Assembly (NCBI RefSeq): GCF_009914755.1 | Contig: NC_060931.1 | Direction: 5' to 3' (one strand) | Origin: the human T2T-CHM13v2.0 reference genome, Homo sapiens | DNA: 64,000 nt | Part shown: one piece after another, positions 58,036 to 64,000 of the stretch | Position numbering within the stretch: position 1 is the first letter of the stretch | How the letters are laid out: every line of letters starts with the position of its first letter | Program-made: the position numbers and the translations under genes | The notes under the pieces: model-generated | What the model was told of the DNA's origin: nothing | The model's database searches: none | The model's input: the letters and a program-made list of their open reading frames with translations, nothing else

Positions 58036-60843
58036 TTAGAGAAGTGGTACTACAAGTCATTTTTGAGGTTTTTAGTGCTCTACCAATTCTAAAGATATGA
58101 GGTATATTTCCCATAAAAGAATCAAATATCCATACCAATTCAATATGAACTCTAACAATTTCAACATACTTCTTAAATCAGTAAATTTTTGCCTTATATG
58201 ATGTGATAAATTTTTTTTGTGTATGTAAATGATATTTCCATGTAGCATTATATATTTTTTCATAAATTTTTTACTTTTATTGGTACTAATATGAATAACC
58301 TAGGAAAAATGTATCAGTTCACATTAAATGGGGATAATCATCCAGTTAAATCAAAAGGAACCCAATAAAATTGTGAATTCTTCAGATTTACTAAAATAAA
58401 AATCAAAACAAAATTGACAAATGAATTTTATTCTACTCAAAGGTCCATAAGAAAAAAAGAAGCATATTTAAATTCAGTGTTATTTTCTCTTAACAGTCCC
58501 ATACAATATAGATCTTCAAGAATATGTTTTCATTTCTTTGTTCATTGTAGCCATTCCTTTTAATAGCAACATATGTAACTGTGATGGAATGGTAAACTTA
58601 ATGTTGCCAAATTTTCTTCCTACTTTATACAATGAAATGAATCCTGAGAAACCTTTATGGTTGAAAAGCATTAAAATAAGTAATACAGTATGTATACATT
58701 CAGATTTCCTGACTGTATTTTACTTTACAGGTGATATTTCAATCTCACATGTGAGGTCAAAATTAAGATGGTGTAACACATTATAAACTGACTTCACCCT
58801 GAGTGTGGCACTCAGCCTTTGAGTGGATTCTGGATGATAGTAACCATATGTGGGCCAATAAATGTAGAAGGAGCAGGTTAGCCAAAATATTTTTGTGGAT
58901 AGCAATATGCTCACATTCCAGCTATCTCTGCTCTGTGGCTCCTGGGGAACCTCACAAACCCAGTGAAATTCCCAAGTCTGGAGATTTTTTTTTTTAAACC
59001 AAAATGGTAGCAATCCACCTCTTGACATTTCAAATGGCAATTCCTACAAACTGATTTTTATTTTAAATGTTGGAGCCCTCCTATCTACCCAAATAATTCT
59101 ACAGAAGACTATATAAACAAAAAAAGAAAGTGCTCTTAATTTTTAAAAATTATCTTATAAATTATATGCCACAGAAGTGCAGTAGTATCTCTAAATTTTC
59201 ACTAAAACTTATTAACATGCCAATGTGTATAAGTTTAATTATCTTACCTTCTTTTAGGAAAAATTCTTAATTCCTGAGATACAATGTGTTCAGTCCAACT
59301 TGTTATTGTAAGTACCTGGGCACTTTAAATACCCTATAAAAATAAACAAGTTTATTCTTAAAATTTAATATAAATCAAACAATTACCAATCAATTAATAT
59401 ATGCTCCACTTAATTAAAAGTCAGTTTAAATTTCTTCAAACAACCCCTCTATCTTGTGTGGGATAATGTAATGTATGAAGGTAAAGGAATTATGGAAGGC
59501 AGGTACTGAATTTGGCAAACATTTTATTCTGGCTTATCCAAACAAATGACAATTTGTAATCACTAATCGGATTTGATGGAGTTTGAAAAAATTCAGTATT
59601 TAGGCTCTGGCTCTACTAAAGAATAACTGATTTATTTGAGAATTAGGTAAAACACTAACATGCTCTATTGATTTGCCCATAATACTATGATGTCATTAAT
59701 ATTTTTCACCACTGGTGATGAAAGGCTCACACTGACAACCCAGCTAAGCAGTAATTTCATGACACTGTTAGTAAGTAACCGGATTTCACTTTAACAAAAG
59801 CTTTTCCTTTTTTTCTGGATAAAGGAAATATACCAAATATTTAAAGTAAATAGAAATTTTAAACAACAGAATTTTTCAAACATGAAATTTAAAATGTGCT
59901 TTGGAAAATTTCATTATACTAAAATAGATGCTTTGTAACATTAATTGTACTCATTTCATAGTTGAATAAATAATGTAAATAACTTAGAAAAGAAAATAAA
60001 GACAATTCAAAGCTGGGCCGAGGATTTAATATATTTGAAAAAAAAGTAAAATTTGGTGAAAACAAAAAAAGTATGCAATGGAGATTCATTAGCTAAGTTA
60101 TTAACCTTATTAAACATTTTAATCTTATTAAAGTAAAGAAAAAAAGATACAGGTTCTAAAGTAGTATTTCTTTCCAATCTTTGTTTTTTCTTACTGTACT
60201 ATTTTGGGAACTATAGAATATTTCTATATTACCATATATTTAAAAAATAGAATATATTGTCCTATATGCATTTTTCGGCAGACATTTATTGGATCCCTTA
60301 CTGTGTGATAGGATTAGATAAAATTTAGTGAATTATTTTAAGCAAAGAATTTATGCTAGGTATATAGGTAAGTTATCAGAAAATGGTACCCCAAATGTAT
60401 ATACAAGCATTTAAAACTCAAATGTCAATACCATACCAAACATCCCTTGGATACATGCATCATGAGATGGTGAAATTATCTGAAGTTAGTGATTAGATGG
60501 AAAACAAGTTCTTTGTGGGAGAGGAGTCAATCAACTGAGAAACTAGAATTTTTGAAGACTCATCTGGGTGGATATTGGAATTGCCATAATATATGACAAG
60601 AATGGAATTGAAGAGAGTGACAGTGAGCTACAGCTAAAATCTTAACAGAAGTCGGGAAGGGGCCAGAGGTTGGTGGAAGACTTCTCTAAGGGGTAGTAGC
60701 AGAGTAGCAGAGAATATCTACTGATGTCTGGAGAACATAGCTAGGAGATTTTAGGGAGGAGAAATGGTATTGATCAGGAAGCGGCACTGAGGAGCAAAGA
60801 ACATTATCCCAATCCCATTCTCAGTGACTTAAGTGGAGTATGA

Positions 60844-61161
<318 letters not shown>

Positions 61162-64000
61162 AAAATATCCACCTTTTAAAAGCCGGTGTGTGATGCAGAG
61201 TCATCAGGCTTCATTTGGGGTGGTGATAAGGGGGAAATATACAAAAGTGAAAGATAAAAGGGCTTTGTTGTTGAGTTCCGGAGAGGATAGTGAAAGAGTA
61301 TCCAGAGACAGAGAAAATTAAAGGATGAGGATTAGAGTCTTAGGGATCAGGAATGACTTGGAAGTTCTGAGTTCCTTCTGGTGACTGACATAAAATGAGA
61401 AAATGAACATGATGAGTTAAGTCCTAATTTTTCCTAAGCAGACAATAGTGATGAGGCTATGAAGGTCAGTGGGAGCAGAGAGATGGTTGTAAAGTCATGT
61501 CAGGAGTGTTCAGATTGTTCAGGTGTCCACTTAACTCTTGATGATGGACCTCTCTGACCCAGCAAAGGGTGTGTAAAGTCCTCTTGACTTCTACTGATGG
61601 ACCCTTCTGGGCTAGCAATGGGTCAGCCTTTCTCCCTTGACCCTAACCAGCATTGGTCTGTAGAACATATACCACGTGTGGGCTTCTTTCTGACATACAC
61701 AGTGTTATGAAATAATAGGATAGAAGGAATCCTAGTATTCGTTTGCTTGGGATGGTCAAGGCAGTCTTCTGTATTGGTAATATTTTATCTGAGACCTGAA
61801 GGAAGACTATGCTAATATTTTGATGAAGTGTTTTCTAAATCGACAGAGCAATAAATACAAAGACCCTGAGGCAAGATCATGCATTGACTATTCCAGAAAC
61901 AGCAATAAAGTCAGCAAGCAATGAGTGAGAGAAGGGTGATGAGAGAAATATGAAGATGTAAAATAAAATATGCTTATAACTATAAACCAAATTTAAATGA
62001 TAAGACAATAAACTACAAACATTGGCAAGATCTATAAAATACAATTCCTATTTTTGAAAAGTGCATTGATCAAATCAAAATATTGTAGAAAACATACATA
62101 AGCTACGTTAAGTATAATTAAAATAGCCTAATTATACAATGGAGGTTTTAACTATTTCAGGTATCTCTATTCCACATTGACTCAATGCAGTCATCATGCT
62201 GGTTGAAAATATCACTCTAATGCACAGAATATTGTTGAATTCAGTAGTATAATGATAATTAGAATATACATGTCTGACAAGAAAAAATATACATCTTCTC
62301 TAATAATGTAGAGAATCTGCTTGTACAAATGAGTTTTTCACCTATCTTTGGGGAAATTATGTGAGCCAAGCAGGTACCGGCAGATACAAAACAACTGATC
62401 CAACCTGACAGTTGTTTTTTTTTTATTCACACCATATAATTTTTGTTTAAAAAAATCTGTCAAAAGAGGTTCCATTAGTGTCAGGTAAAGATTCCTAACA
62501 AGCATACTTTTCACTTGTTCTAAAATGATAGTAACAAGTAAAACTTAAATGGGAAACTCCTATTACAAATAGATGATAATTCTTTATCTTATCTATTTCT
62601 TTTCTTTGATCCTGGTGTTCTCCTGGAAATTCTAAAGGAGTTGTGACTTTGACAAATCTAATGTCTGCTAGTTCTTACGGGGCCGTACTAAGAACAAATA
62701 AAACATTATACTTTCTGCTGTAATTGTTTTCATTAAGCCATGATTTACTAGCAGTTAGAACTGCAACTTACACTGGTCATTTTCTTTTAAAATAACATAG
62801 TGAAATTATTGGAAAGATTTAAAGCTGTTATTAATATTGCTAGAAAATTTCATTTCAAATTTAAAATATTTCCCTCACTTTCTCTTCTCTCCATCCATCT
62901 CGCCTTCCATTTGTCTCTCATGAGAGGGTGGGAAGATGAGGTAATTTGGGCAATAGATATAAATAAATTAAAAACAAATCAATTAAGGTTTAATTTCATT
63001 TACATGCAGATTTCCAAGTGATTTTTATTAGAATTAGTAGATGTTATATATATATATATATATTTCTAATGGCTTGAAGTTGTTACACTGAATATTGAAT
63101 GTACACTAAAATCATGCAAATTTAAGTAATTTCAAACAATCTTATCTTTAAACATGCAATTTCAATATTTTATTAATAATCTGAAAATACTTGTTAAACA
63201 TACTATATCGGGCAAGGTTTTAGGTGCAAAATTAAATTAGACATACAACCAAAATATAACCTTCTGGCCAGCTGGGACTTGTTTTTTAGTTGCTTCCATA
63301 TCCTCAGTGAATAGAACAGTGCCCTTCAGGGAGTTACATTCAAAAATATCTAACAAATATACACTTTATGTGAATGTCTCTATTAGAATAAATGTATGTA
63401 TTTGAGTAAATGAAGGAATGTGCTCCCATCTCCTTTCCTCTGTTTTACAGAGGGAGTCACACAAATAAGTTAGTACACTGAAGTATGTGATGAGTATAAT
63501 GATGGCCATATATAATGAATGCTTAGCAAATGTAGAAGTAATAATCTAAACCAGATTACAGGGTTTTTTGTGCTCCCAAGTCTATGAAGAGAAGACTAAA
63601 GATGAATGGTAAAGATTTATAGTACACCCTTCAGGGGTTGATATATACATTAGGCACCATAGAACATTGCTCAGGGAAGGCAAGTACACTTTTCCAGCAA
63701 CCAGAAAAATATTTAAATTGTGAAAAATGTTTTAGTTTCTATGAAAAAAGATATGCAAATTAAAAACTAAGAAATTTTAACTAAATGTCTATTAATTTAC
63801 CTCTCAAACTTATCAGTTGTGCAATTGAAACCTTTTCATAGTTAAGATTTTCTCCCTTTGCAAGTATCTCCCAATATGCATAATAATTATTTTTTGAGAT
63901 TACAGACAATTGTAATGAAGTGAAAACACACGTTTATAAAGTGCTTTCCAATTTTGCAAATATGAAAACCCATAATGCTTAATATTGGGCAAAGGTAAAT

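Overview
This is AT-rich, CpG-depleted primate (human-like) genomic DNA, intronic or intergenic. It is not prokaryotic. I recognise no protein-coding gene, rRNA, tRNA or CRISPR array. The listed ORFs are short, and most come from Alus, an LTR or microsatellites. The window is dominated by transposable-element fossils: 13 Alu/FLAM/FRAM copies, a full MER52-type ERV1 solo LTR with a perfect CTAC target-site duplication, an internally deleted MST (MaLR) provirus nested in an old L1, an MLT2A LTR, several old L1M fragments, DNA-transposon MITEs (Tigger4a, MER5, MER33, MER58A, MER47A), MIR/L2 remnants and microsatellites. Family and subfamily names come from my recall of consensus sequences, not from a search, and boundaries of old elements are approximate. 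I found no support for a new biological system. The most notable items are a 124-bp ~96%-identical local duplication copying an L1/MER58A junction 2.65 kb downstream, a well-formed 111-nt frame-preserving candidate exon on the minus strand, a candidate exon ending ATG|GTAAGT near 42.5 kb, and a nested AT-rich palindrome.
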